Shown: positions 29,032-38,785 of the stretch, piece by piece | How positions within the stretch are numbered: position 1 is the stretch's first letter | Layout: each line of letters starts with the position of its first letter | NCBI GenBank assembly: GCA_905234465.1 | Contig: CAJOHU010000001.1 | Location: forward strand, 31,708-95,707 | From: an uncultured Alphaproteobacteria bacterium | Lineage (GTDB): Bacteria; Pseudomonadota; Alphaproteobacteria; Rs-D84 | Direction: 5' to 3' | Length of the DNA: 64,000 bases | Made by a program: the position numbers and the translations under genes | Notes under the pieces: model-generated | What the model was told of the DNA's origin: nothing | The model's database searches: none | Seen by the model: only the letters and a program-made list of their open reading frames with translations

Positions 29032-29607
29032 ATGAAAAAAATGTCGTTGGAAGAAATGGTGCAAAAGGTTGATGAATCTAAAAAGGTAAATCCGTTGGAT
29101 TTGTCGTCTGACCAAGATTTGTCTATTGCGCTGATGAATTTGGTGTCGTTGGAAGAACATTTCTTTTTCAGTGGCGCAAAAACGAAAAAACCTGGATTCT
29201 ATGATTTGATAAATGTTGTTCGCAATATGCGTAAAGAATTGATGGAACGAATTGTTGACAAGAATGCAGCCCAAGGTGCCGAAGTTTGGTGTATATCTAA
29301 GCATTTATTGGCGGCATCTATGCGCCTGTACGAGGTTGGAACCAAGGCATTAGGGGGCGGAAATAAAAAAGACGCGTATAAAATGTTTGAACGCGCATAT
29401 GAATTGTATTCTTTGTTTTGGGGATTGAATATGAAAATGATAGACCTAAGTGGTGTGCAACAGATGGAACCTGATTTTTACAAATGCGTGTTGGACAAAG
29501 GCGCAAAAAAAGAAAAAGATGTCAAAAAACAAATGGTTGAGTCTAAATCTGTTGTGCATAAATTGGGTGATTGGGTTAAAAATGCGGTAAATTGCTGCAT
29601 AGAATAA
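29032..29607 (+). CDS. Hypothetical helical protein ending CCIE
   Basis: AAGGAG RBS; EEH and WCISKH motifs; directly downstream of the CPVC protein. Confidence 0.85.
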   Translation: MKKMSLEEMVQKVDESKKVNPLDLSSDQDLSIALMNLVSLEEHFFFSGAKTKKPGFYDLINVVRNMRKELMERIVDKNAAQGAEVWCISKHLLAASMRLYEVGTKALGGGNKKDAYKMFERAYELYSLFWGLNMKMIDLSGVQQMEPDFYKCVLDKGAKKEKDVKKQMVESKSVVHKLGDWVKNAVNCCIE

Positions 29608-29677
29608 GTGTTGTTTAATTTTATGGTTGATTCAAGTTGTGTGTTTCTACTATAATAAACAACAGAAGGGAGTAGAA

Positions 29678-32059
29678 TTGGTCAAAGGAAGGGTGTTTTT
29701 TGCCATTGCTTTTGCGTTTATTGTTGCGCCGTTGATTGGTGGCGGGGCGTTTTGTGCGACCCAACCGAATCCCCGCACAACCGATTCGAATGCTGTGCCT
29801 CGTCGGTCTGTTGGTGCGGTACAATCACGCAGTGTCACAACATTACCAACGCGAATTCGTGCCGTTACGCAACCTGGGGCGGGTCGCAGCGCAAAAACCA
29901 TAACAGCGGTGCGTACAGCAACCGTGACAGGTCCGCGTTCAGGAAGTACGCGCAGTGCAGTACCGTCTATGCGTGCGCGCAGTGCCAAGACGGGCGCAAC
30001 AAATGCCCGAACGGGTAAAAACATACTGGCGGGATTGTCGGGTGGCGCACGCAGCGCAATGGCGCGCGCAACCGCGGTGTTCAGTGATGTATCAAAAATT
30101 GGTTCGGGATATGCGGCGTGTCGGGAATCATATGCGACTTGTATGGATCAGATTTGTGCAAGTGCTAACGATTCATATCGCAGATGTGTTTGCAGTGACC
30201 GTTATACAAAATTCCGCAACATAGAAGATGCCTTAGATCAGGCGATGATTATGTTGGCGCAATTTCAGGATAATAATTTGAATGCTGTTGATAAAACCGC
30301 CGCCGAAGTTGATGCGATGTATTCCGCCACGGTTGGTGAAATGGCGATTAAAAGTGATACCAGTGCTGCCGCCAAAATGCTGGACGAAATCAGTAATTTG
30401 TTGTCCGGAAAATCAACATCATCGCCCTATTCTGGTTCTGCCAATTCTTTGGGAATTTTGGATTTAGATTTCTCTACCGATTTGGGCGACATATGGTCAA
30501 ATGATGTATCGTCTATATTTTCGTCTTCGGGGCAGGATATGTCTACACTGGAAGGTGTGGCGTTGTTTAATGCGGCACAGAATCAATGTGTGAAACTTAG
30601 CCAGGACGCATGTGAAAATGATGCGGCGTTTTCAATGTCACGCAGTTCTTATAATATTCTGATTAATCAAGATTGCAATCTGTATGAAACGAAATTGAAT
30701 ACAAACAGGGAAAAAGTGGCAAAGGCGATTCGTTTGGCGGAACAATACCTGCGTGAGGCGCGTTTGGAAGAATACCGTTCACATAATTCTGCAGATGTGA
30801 ATGAATGTATTGCCAAGGTTCGTGATGCGATTCTAAAAGATACCGCGTGCGGCGAAAATTATAAACGTTGTTTGGATCCAACAGGTGCATATATCAATGG
30901 CGTGACCGGTGCGGCAATTTACAGTCCACGTCTGTTCCAATTAGAAAAAACGATTTCATTGGAAGGGGTCACAACATCTGGGAATGTGAATACTGATATT
31001 TTGGGACAAAACAAGACATATGATAAGTTTTTAGAAAATTATCGCCAATATGTGGTTCGGGAATTAGATACGTGTCGGGATATTGCAGATTTTGTGTGGA
31101 GCGAATTCAAACGCAATGCGATTATTGAAATTGCCCAAGCACAAAGCGAGAAATTAGAAGAAGTAAAATCTTCGTGCGTTAATACCATAGCAGAATGTTA
31201 TGACACCCAAACAAACGCATTAAAAAATGTTGATAAAAATACGGCAACCACCGCAGGGGCATTGGGGCGGTATACTGCGCGTGACATGTGTGCGGAACAG
31301 GTGTCAGCATGTGCTACATTATATGGCAGTACCAAGAATAATGAATCGTGCAAATTTGATTCGCGTGGTCATTTGACATCTGATACCGATAAAGATTCGT
31401 GCGGATTAACATCGTTGTTGAACTATGTCAAGGCGGTTGATGATTTAAGTGTCGCACAAAAGTGTGAAGAGGCGATTGAAGAATATGTGACAAACCTGTG
31501 CACACCTGACAATTCTACGTATTCTTATCCATATAATTGCCGCAAATTAAGCAGGGATAATATACGTGATTCAATACAAAAGTTTGCAATAGATAATTGT
31601 TATGATCCCGGGACGGATACGGTTGCCGAGTACAGTGATTTGCCGGATAGGGTTCAAACGCGCATTACACTTTTATTAAATGATATTGATGAATCCATGA
31701 ATGCGACGTTGGCGGATGAATGCAGCGAATCGGGTGGTATGTGGTCAGAAAAAAGAGATTCTGATAATCAGGATAATTATTGGTTAGGTTTCTATAATAC
31801 GGTTTATGGCGGATACACCCCAGATAATGCCGATAGTGACAAAAAGTATGGAACCGAATGGGGATATTGTTACGCGAACAGTCCGCGGTTGGCATGTTTG
31901 GCATATGCCGACATGTGGGATGAAGACGAAGATGTCGCGGAATGGGATATGGCGACCCAGACATGTGTTTTATACGATGCTTGGTACAGACATAAATGTC
32001 AAGAACTGGGGTCGGGATATTATTTGGATGGTGTGTGTTATATATCATCTGATAATTAA
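29678..32059 (+). CDS. Large secreted Cys-rich hypothetical protein with Arg/Ser/Thr/Ala-rich N-terminal region
   Basis: TTG start after AAGGGAG; signal peptide; ARSA-like repeats; CRESYATCMDQIC...RRCVCS. Confidence 0.85.
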   Translation: MVKGRVFFAIAFAFIVAPLIGGGAFCATQPNPRTTDSNAVPRRSVGAVQSRSVTTLPTRIRAVTQPGAGRSAKTITAVRTATVTGPRSGSTRSAVPSMRARSAKTGATNARTGKNILAGLSGGARSAMARATAVFSDVSKIGSGYAACRESYATCMDQICASANDSYRRCVCSDRYTKFRNIEDALDQAMIMLAQFQDNNLNAVDKTAAEVDAMYSATVGEMAIKSDTSAAAKMLDEISNLLSGKSTSSPYSGSANSLGILDLDFSTDLGDIWSNDVSSIFSSSGQDMSTLEGVALFNAAQNQCVKLSQDACENDAAFSMSRSSYNILINQDCNLYETKLNTNREKVAKAIRLAEQYLREARLEEYRSHNSADVNECIAKVRDAILKDTACGENYKRCLDPTGAYINGVTGAAIYSPRLFQLEKTISLEGVTTSGNVNTDILGQNKTYDKFLENYRQYVVRELDTCRDIADFVWSEFKRNAIIEIAQAQSEKLEEVKSSCVNTIAECYDTQTNALKNVDKNTATTAGALGRYTARDMCAEQVSACATLYGSTKNNESCKFDSRGHLTSDTDKDSCGLTSLLNYVKAVDDLSVAQKCEEAIEEYVTNLCTPDNSTYSYPYNCRKLSRDNIRDSIQKFAIDNCYDPGTDTVAEYSDLPDRVQTRITLLLNDIDESMNATLADECSESGGMWSEKRDSDNQDNYWLGFYNTVYGGYTPDNADSDKKYGTEWGYCYANSPRLACLAYADMWDEDEDVAEWDMATQTCVLYDAWYRHKCQELGSGYYLDGVCYISSDN

Positions 32060-32091
32060 TTAAAAGAAAAACAAAAGGAAAGGAAAAAGTT

Positions 32092-32901
32092 ATGTTCAAA
32101 CAAATATTGGTATGTATAGTTGCTTTATCAGCAGGAATGACGGGGTCGTTTGGCGCGGCAAGTGTTCGTTCAATCGGAATACTTCCACATTCAGGTAGTG
32201 TTGGGGCGGTGACGCGCGCGGGAACTTTGCGGATGCAACCAACAACGGCTGTTGGTAAAAAATCTGTATCAACTGGTGCTACGCTTTCAGAAAACATATC
32301 TGGGGATAATACCACGCGTATGTCAAGTATTTCTGGAATCCCGGGTGTTGGGTCAAAACCGAAACTTTCTTCTTCTACATCGGCGGCTACACTTGCGGAT
32401 TTGAAAAAACAAGTTGCAGATTTGGCGAACGTGGTTTCTGATATGTTAAGTGCGGGCGTTGATGAAGAGGCGGTTCGTGAGATCATAGATTCTGAATTGG
32501 CGGCGAAAAATTTTGCAACCAATGAAGAACTTAACCAAAAAGCCGACAAAGAAGATGTAATATCCAGTGATGTCACGTTCACCGAAGAAAATGGGTATAT
32601 AGTTTTGACCAGTGGAAAGACCAAAGCGAATGTGGTCGCACTTTCAGACATTCAAGGGGGGCAAGGCACGCCGGGTGCGAATGCGTGTGAACCCAAATAT
32701 TCTTCTAAAACAAATGCTGATGGTGATACTGAGGTCACAATAACATGTGCTGACAATGAATCACAAGTTTTGGGGCAATATACTGTTGCCAAGGGCGCAG
32801 ATGGCGTGAATCCATGTCCGAAAGGCTTGGAATTGGTTGAGGACACAGAATACGAAGATTCGGTCAATTCAAAAAAATATGACTTGGTCTGCAATGAATA
32901 A
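32092..32901 (+). CDS. Secreted fibre-like protein 1
   Basis: Signal peptide, coiled coil, short Gly-X-Y runs, C-terminal PCxxGLxLVED...KKYxLVC shared with the next gene. Confidence 0.8.
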   Translation: MFKQILVCIVALSAGMTGSFGAASVRSIGILPHSGSVGAVTRAGTLRMQPTTAVGKKSVSTGATLSENISGDNTTRMSSISGIPGVGSKPKLSSSTSAATLADLKKQVADLANVVSDMLSAGVDEEAVREIIDSELAAKNFATNEELNQKADKEDVISSDVTFTEENGYIVLTSGKTKANVVALSDIQGGQGTPGANACEPKYSSKTNADGDTEVTITCADNESQVLGQYTVAKGADGVNPCPKGLELVEDTEYEDSVNSKKYDLVCNE

Positions 32902-32932
32902 AAAATAAACTTATAAAACATGGGGGAAAATA

Positions 32933-33979
32933 ATGAAAGAAAAAATGTTATATATGGGTATGTTCGCGGCGGTTGTGGCGTTGTTTGGTGCAAACGCATA
33001 TTCTAAAACACTGGGCAGTATAATTGTGCCCGCGCCAACAAATGGAAACGATGGTTTATCGGCATATCAAATATGGCTTAATAATGGAAACACGGGAACT
33101 GAGGCAGATTTTTTGGCTTCGTTAAAGGGTGAAGCTGGTACCAGTGTAAAGATAAAGGGTACCGTTTCAACCTGTGCCGCGTTAAACAGTCTTACTAATG
33201 TAAGTGCGGGGGATATTTATTTGGTTACGGGTGATAATAATATGGGTTATATTTATGACGGCACCTCGTTTCCAAATTGCCCGGGTAATGGTATTCAAAT
33301 TCAAGGACCGCAGGGACAGGCGTGTCTGACGACACTTACGACACAGGCGTGTGGTCCGGATCTTACTAAAAAATGTCCTGTGGCGACAAGGTCTGGCACA
33401 GTCTATACCAAAACAGATTGTAATGGCACGAATCCAACCGATGATGTCGTTTATAATGGTGATGATGGCGATGATATTTGTGATAATGTGGAAAATCCGG
33501 CGACATCGGTTAAAACATATACAAAGACATATACTGCACATACCGCCAGTTTGCCGGGATATGTGACGTTGACACAGACAATGTGCAACAACACTACAAA
33601 TACTACCAATTATCAAGATTCTTGTGTGCCGATTATTCCGCGCACAAATCAAAATATTTGCAGCGCCGGGACATATATGGAATGCACCGCCCAAAATGAT
33701 GGCACCGTGTATAATGTATGCAAACCCAAAGATACTGACGATGCCGACACAGTTTTCACGGCATTAAAAGATAAATTGTCAAAAAATGTGACATTTGCGA
33801 CAGAAACAGTGGACAATGTTGAATCTTTCGTATTAAAGGAAGGCAGTAATACGGTTGCGGTATTGGCGGCAAAGTCTGAATTAAAGGGTGAAACCCCTTG
33901 TCAGCAAGGGTTGAATTTAGTGGAAGATGATAATTATACAGGCAGTGGAAAGAAATATAATTTGGTATGTGATGATTAA
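32933..33979 (+). CDS. Secreted fibre-like protein 2
   Basis: Signal peptide, DGLSAYQIWL...GTEADFLASLKG, IQGPQG, Cys-rich domain. Confidence 0.82.
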   Translation: MKEKMLYMGMFAAVVALFGANAYSKTLGSIIVPAPTNGNDGLSAYQIWLNNGNTGTEADFLASLKGEAGTSVKIKGTVSTCAALNSLTNVSAGDIYLVTGDNNMGYIYDGTSFPNCPGNGIQIQGPQGQACLTTLTTQACGPDLTKKCPVATRSGTVYTKTDCNGTNPTDDVVYNGDDGDDICDNVENPATSVKTYTKTYTAHTASLPGYVTLTQTMCNNTTNTTNYQDSCVPIIPRTNQNICSAGTYMECTAQNDGTVYNVCKPKDTDDADTVFTALKDKLSKNVTFATETVDNVESFVLKEGSNTVAVLAAKSELKGETPCQQGLNLVEDDNYTGSGKKYNLVCDD

Positions 33980-33995
33980 AAAAAAGGTGGATGAA

Positions 33996-35003
33996 ATGAG
34001 TGGAAAAATCGTTTTTTTAGGGGCGTGTTCGGTGGCGGCTGTATGCACAGTTGTCGCGGGCGAATGTTTCGCCAGCAGAAATTTGGGCAGTATTATCATA
34101 CCCCCGGTGACAGACGGAACCGATGGTCAGGATGGTGCGTCGGCATATCAAATATGGCTTGCCAATGGGCACGAAGGAACCGAGGCGGACTTTTTGGCAT
34201 GGTTAAAAGGTGCTCCGGGCACACCGGCGTGTAATACAACTTTGACCAAAAGTGTGATAACCAATCCAGTGACCAGTAAAAAATCTGTGACTGTCACGGC
34301 AACAGATTGTAATAGTAACACATTGTGGACAGAAACGGTTGAAGACGGTGTAGATGGCAGCAATGGTGCGGCGGGTGTTGGGGTTTGTGATAATGTTGCA
34401 GATACAGCAACCGCCAACAAGAATACCGTTAGCATTTATACTGCGGGGACGGCAACCACCATTGGTTATATGACGCATACATATACCAAATGTAATGGAA
34501 ATACAGAAACAAGCATCGTGGAAGATTCTTGTGCCCAGGTCTTTGATAAACGCACCAGTGGCGCATGTAGTGGCGCATATATGGTTTGCAAAAATCAGCA
34601 GGCGGGTACGGAATACAATGTTTGCAAGCCGATAAGCGGGCAAGACATTAGTCCTTTTGGCAAAGCAATAAGCGATTTGGCAGACAGGGTCGCCGATAAA
34701 GCAGATACTTCTGTGTTGTCGGGTTATGTAAAGACAGATGGTACAAATTTACCAAACGGTATTATTACAACTAGCAATCTTGCCCAAAATAATATAGTGA
34801 CGACAAGCGCATTGAATTCTGCTGTAAATACTGCGGTCGGCGCCAAGGCTGTGTCGTTCGGTGGTCAAACGATGACAATGGACGATGTCGTTGAATTGTT
34901 AAGCAGCGCGGTTACATGTACAGAAAGCGATGTGGATTCTGTTAATACAATATCATGCAGTGGCAACGGTCTGAATTTATCACGATCAAAGGCTAGTAAT
35001 TAA
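33996..35003 (+). CDS. Secreted fibre-like protein 3
   Basis: Signal peptide, DGASAYQIWL...GTEADFLAWLKG, Cys-rich domain paralogous to the previous gene. Confidence 0.82.
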   Translation: MSGKIVFLGACSVAAVCTVVAGECFASRNLGSIIIPPVTDGTDGQDGASAYQIWLANGHEGTEADFLAWLKGAPGTPACNTTLTKSVITNPVTSKKSVTVTATDCNSNTLWTETVEDGVDGSNGAAGVGVCDNVADTATANKNTVSIYTAGTATTIGYMTHTYTKCNGNTETSIVEDSCAQVFDKRTSGACSGAYMVCKNQQAGTEYNVCKPISGQDISPFGKAISDLADRVADKADTSVLSGYVKTDGTNLPNGIITTSNLAQNNIVTTSALNSAVNTAVGAKAVSFGGQTMTMDDVVELLSSAVTCTESDVDSVNTISCSGNGLNLSRSKASN

Positions 35004-35008
35004 TTTAT

Positions 35009-35040
35009 AAAAAATGCCGCCCGGTTGGGCGGTTTTTTTT
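35009..35040. terminator. Bidirectional intrinsic terminator
   Basis: A-tract, CCGCCC-ggtt-GGGCGG, T-tract between convergent genes. Confidence 0.75.
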
Positions 35041-35052
35041 ATGAAGTTTATA

Positions 35053-35469
35053 TTATTCTGCGGTTCCAACCATGCTTTTCAACATGTTCAAAAACGCGGC
35101 GCGTTGGGCATCTGTTTCTAATTTCCAATACAAACGGATTAACTGCAGACTCTCTGTACGCAACAATGGGTCGTCAGCGTCAGGCTGATGTACACGCATA
35201 GAACGAGTTGTTCGCGTTTCGTCCGGCATATTTCCCGGCAAACCACTAAAGAAAAAAGATACGGGTGTTTGCATTGCGGTACCGATTTCAAACAATCGGG
35301 ATGCGGATATACGGTTGTCCGCGGTTTCGTACTTCTGGATTTGTTGAAATGTGACACCGCATATGTTTGCCAAATCTTTTAACGATAGTCCCAACATCGT
35401 GCGACGCAGTTGCATGCGTTTGCCAATATGTTGATCTATGATAGTTGGTGTATAGGTTTTGCCTGCCAT
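35053..35469 (-). CDS. XRE-family HTH transcriptional regulator
   Basis: DQHIGKRMQLRR...GVTFQQIQKYE..NRISASRL, typical alphaproteobacterial XRE signature. Confidence 0.92.
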   Translation of the reverse strand: MAGKTYTPTIIDQHIGKRMQLRRTMLGLSLKDLANICGVTFQQIQKYETADNRISASRLFEIGTAMQTPVSFFFSGLPGNMPDETRTTRSMRVHQPDADDPLLRTESLQLIRLYWKLETDAQRAAFLNMLKSMVGTAE

Positions 35470-35595
35470 AATATTTCCCCTTGGTAAAAGGATGTAGTTC
35501 CTAGTGTTTGTTATACAATCTTTCTTTTTGTTTTGCAATCAAAAAAGCGTTATGATATGCTTAATAGCAATAAAAATACTCAAAGGGGAAAAGAT

Positions 35596-37068
35596 ATGAA
35601 AAAGCCTGTGGTTTTGTGTGTGCTGGATGGTGTAGGTGTTAACGAGGCGCGTTCGCATAATGCGGTTGCGTTGGCAAAAATGCCGTTCTTTCGCGGTTTG
35701 ATTAAGAAATATCCAAATTCTTTGTTGCGGGCATCGGGAACTGCGGTTGGGTTGCCTGGGAATTTGATGGGAAATTCAGAAGTTGGGCATATTTGTATTG
35801 GTGCCGGTCGGGTCGTTATGCAATATTTGTTGCGATTTGCACGCGAAAATTGGGCGAAGAATAAGCCGTTAAACAAATTCATTTCCGATGTACGACATGA
35901 TGGCGGAATCGTGCATTTTGCAGGGTTGATGTCCGATGGGCGTGTTCATTCTGATGTGCGCGACGAAATGAAAATTGTTAAATATATATTAGATTCTGGA
36001 TTACAGGTTTGTATCCATTTTATCGCCGATGGTCGTGACACACCGCCACGTTCCGCTTTAAAATATGTTCGTATGATAAAACGGATATTGGCACCATATT
36101 TTGCCGATGGGCGCGTGTTTTTTGGAACTCTTTCGGGGCGGTATTATACTATGGACAGAAACAAGAATATGGACAGAACAAAAATGGCGTTTGATGCGAT
36201 TGCCCAGGCAGAATCTAAGTTTTCTGCGCCAAACATTGAAGATGCAATCAAAGAATCTTATGCAAATGATATAACAGATGAATTCTTTAAGCCCACAATT
36301 ATAAATGCCACACCAATTACAAAGCACGATGGTTTTATGTTCGGAAATTATCGCAGTGACCGCGCCCGTCAAATTGTTCGTGAAATGTTAAAGACTGGTG
36401 CCCATATTTTGTGCTTTTCGCAATATGGTGAAGGCTTGAATGAAAAGTGTCCTGCACTGCTGAATGATATTCCGGTGGAAAACACATTGGGCGATGTTGT
36501 GGAGGCGGCGGGGCTGCGTCAGTTACGTATCGCTGAAACAGAAAAGTATAATCATGTGACATACTTTATGGATGCGGAACGCACCATAGATTTTAACGAG
36601 GAAGAAAAAGTGCTGATAGATTCGCCGGATGTTGCAACATTTGACATGAAGCCAGAAATGTCTGCGCCCGAAATCACACGGGCATTATTGCCGCGATTAG
36701 GGAAATTTGATGTGGTAATGATGAATTTTGCAAATGGCGATATGGTTGGACACACCGGAAATGAAGCCGCGACAATTCGTGCAATGGAGTGTTTGGACAA
36801 TCAATTAAAACAAATTGTGCCAGCGGTTTTACAACTTGGTGGTAAAATGCTGATTATTGCCGACCATGGCAATGCAGAAAAAATGTGGGACGATAAAGCG
36901 AACGCCCCATGGACCGCACATACTAATAATAAAGTCCGGGCGATTTTAGTGTCTGAACCAAAGTACCCAAAAATTAAAAACGGTGGATTGGCAGACGTAG
37001 CACCAACGATTTTGAAATTACTTGGCGTGCCACATCCAAAAGAAATGACAGGAAAGTCATTAGTGTAA
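35596..37068 (+). CDS. gpmI: 2,3-bisphosphoglycerate-independent phosphoglycerate mutase
   Basis: LDG, MGNSEVGH, DGRDTPP, GRYYTMDR, AETEKYNHVT, DMVGHTG, ADHGNAE. Confidence 0.98.
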   Translation: MKKPVVLCVLDGVGVNEARSHNAVALAKMPFFRGLIKKYPNSLLRASGTAVGLPGNLMGNSEVGHICIGAGRVVMQYLLRFARENWAKNKPLNKFISDVRHDGGIVHFAGLMSDGRVHSDVRDEMKIVKYILDSGLQVCIHFIADGRDTPPRSALKYVRMIKRILAPYFADGRVFFGTLSGRYYTMDRNKNMDRTKMAFDAIAQAESKFSAPNIEDAIKESYANDITDEFFKPTIINATPITKHDGFMFGNYRSDRARQIVREMLKTGAHILCFSQYGEGLNEKCPALLNDIPVENTLGDVVEAAGLRQLRIAETEKYNHVTYFMDAERTIDFNEEEKVLIDSPDVATFDMKPEMSAPEITRALLPRLGKFDVVMMNFANGDMVGHTGNEAATIRAMECLDNQLKQIVPAVLQLGGKMLIIADHGNAEKMWDDKANAPWTAHTNNKVRAILVSEPKYPKIKNGGLADVAPTILKLLGVPHPKEMTGKSLV

Positions 37069-37123
37069 GTGTTAGTGGTTAGTGTTAGTGGTTAGTAAAA
37101 ATCCCGCGACATGCGGGATTTTT
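37060..37123 (+). repeat. TTAGTG(G) repeat plus terminator hairpin after gpmI
   Basis: TTAGTGTAAGTGTTAGTGGTTAGTGTTAGTGGTTAGT-AAAAATCCCGC-gacat-GCGGGATTTTT. Confidence 0.85.
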
Positions 37124-37127
37124 GCTT

Positions 37128-37640
37128 TTATCGCTGATTTTCAAAGAATTCTGTTATCATTTTTTCGGTTGTAAAATTACGCAATATTTTATACTTGTTG
37201 TTTGAATCATTTTCTGGCTGCACCAATACAATATCGCCACGTTTAGTATCAAAAAACTTTGTTTCCCATAATGGTAAAGATAGTCTTGATAAACTTATTG
37301 GTACAGCCCCGAATTTCTTGCCCATCAATTTCAATTTTCGTATTTCGTCTGATATATCGTATGCGCCGGTGACCAACATAACATCGCATTTGCGCAAAAC
37401 ATATTGAACGGGTCTGATTGTTCCTTTTTTTGTTAATGTGACCAATCCCCCACGATAAAATGCTTCTTCGCGTTTGAATTTATCTAGATATGAATAATGT
37501 ATAGAAACTTTTTTTGGTAATTTACCGCCATCAATATAGGTCGGAATAAGTGTAAAATCTATCATTCCATTATTGTGCATTTTTCTGTCTGCGATTACAT
37601 ATTCGTTAAATATACGGTTTTTATCGGATAGGTTTTCCAT
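37128..37640 (-). CDS. Hypothetical protein
   Basis: 170-aa AT-rich ORF with AAGGGG RBS. Confidence 0.75.
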   Translation of the reverse strand: MENLSDKNRIFNEYVIADRKMHNNGMIDFTLIPTYIDGGKLPKKVSIHYSYLDKFKREEAFYRGGLVTLTKKGTIRPVQYVLRKCDVMLVTGAYDISDEIRKLKLMGKKFGAVPISLSRLSLPLWETKFFDTKRGDIVLVQPENDSNNKYKILRNFTTEKMITEFFENQR

Positions 37641-37660
37641 TTTATATATTCCCCTTTTGT

Positions 37661-38110
37661 TTAATCTTTTTTTCGGCGTTCGGCAAAGAATTTGCGTAGT
37701 AATTCGGCTGATTCGTCAGCATATTCCGACATTTGGACTATATTTGGGTGCCACAGGTGTTTGTCGTTTTCAAATATGCGCGCATTTGATGTTATGCCCC
37801 CGCCCTTTTCATCTGTGGCGGCAAAGTATATGTTCTTTATCCGGGCAAAAGAAATTGCCGTTGCGCACATCGCGCATGGTTCCAATGACACATAGATATC
37901 GCAGCCATCCAAAAATTTTGTGCCAAGTTTTTTGCATGCACGATTTATTGCAACAATTTCTGCGTGCAGTGTTGGATTTTGTTTCCGCTGAACCAAATTT
38001 TCACCACGAGAAAGAATTTCGCCATTGTGGACAACCACTGCACCAATCGGTACATCACCCGCCTCACCTGCCCGGCGCGCCAAATTTAAAACTTGCTTCA
38101 TTATGTTCAT
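37661..38110 (-). CDS. tadA: tRNA adenosine deaminase / nucleoside deaminase
   Basis: DVPIGAV, HAEIVAI, LEPCAMC; start uncertain (38110 or 38101). Confidence 0.92.
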   Translation of the reverse strand: MNIMKQVLNLARRAGEAGDVPIGAVVVHNGEILSRGENLVQRKQNPTLHAEIVAINRACKKLGTKFLDGCDIYVSLEPCAMCATAISFARIKNIYFAATDEKGGGITSNARIFENDKHLWHPNIVQMSEYADESAELLRKFFAERRKKD

Positions 38111-38128
38111 GATTGTAGAATTTATCAC

Positions 38129-38692
38129 ATGGATTCAAAATTGCAAATTATTTCTGGAACATATCGTGGGCGAAAACTTGTATTGCCCGATGGCGCGCGT
38201 CCGACCCAAAACATGGCGCGTGCGGCGGTATTTAATATGCTTGCGGAAATTTTTCAACAAAGCACAAATATATCGGCATGGGATGCTTTTGCGGGGGCCG
38301 GCGCAATGGGAATAGAAGTCCTGTCACGTTATCCAAGTGCAAAAGTGTTTTTTACTGATATTTCCGATGAATCAATAAAAGCAATAAAGAAAAATACCAC
38401 TGGAATTGCGGCAAATCGTATCTGTATTACAAAGATTAGTGCGATAAAAGCAATCAAAGTTTATGCACAAAACGCAAATTTGATTTTTGTTGATCCACCA
38501 TATGCAGATGCCGGAATTGGTATAGAATTTGTTGCAGAAATGGCAAAGATTGTGCGCGGTGGCACTGTCGTTGTCCAAGAAATTGAAAAAATTGTACCCT
38601 ATTCGCCCGATGAAACGAGATGGGAAGTATTGCGCGATAAAACCTATGGGCGGGCGCGATTTCTGATTTTGCGCAGAAATAATAACAAATAA
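38129..38692 (+). CDS. rsmD: RsmD-family rRNA methyltransferase
   Basis: IISGTYRGRKL, RPT, DAFAGAGAMGIEVLSR, FVDPPY. Confidence 0.92.
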   Translation: MDSKLQIISGTYRGRKLVLPDGARPTQNMARAAVFNMLAEIFQQSTNISAWDAFAGAGAMGIEVLSRYPSAKVFFTDISDESIKAIKKNTTGIAANRICITKISAIKAIKVYAQNANLIFVDPPYADAGIGIEFVAEMAKIVRGGTVVVQEIEKIVPYSPDETRWEVLRDKTYGRARFLILRRNNNK

Positions 38693-38693
38693 C

Positions 38694-38722
38694 TTGATTT
38701 TTAGGTAAATTTATTACATAAT
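38694..38722 (+). promoter_or_regulatory. Sigma70-type promoter of rplY
   Basis: TTGATT-17 bp-CATAAT. Confidence 0.55.
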
Positions 38723-38785
38723 ATGCCGCGCACAACACCCTTGGAGGTTGTGCAAACAGTAAAACAAAATAAAAAGGAATTTAAA

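Noticed and set aside
31665..32651. 328-aa minus-strand ORF
   Set aside because: Shadow frame of two well-formed plus-strand genes
32092..35003. Prophage tail region
   Set aside because: Proteins carry Sec signal peptides and no capsid, terminase, integrase or lysis genes are nearby
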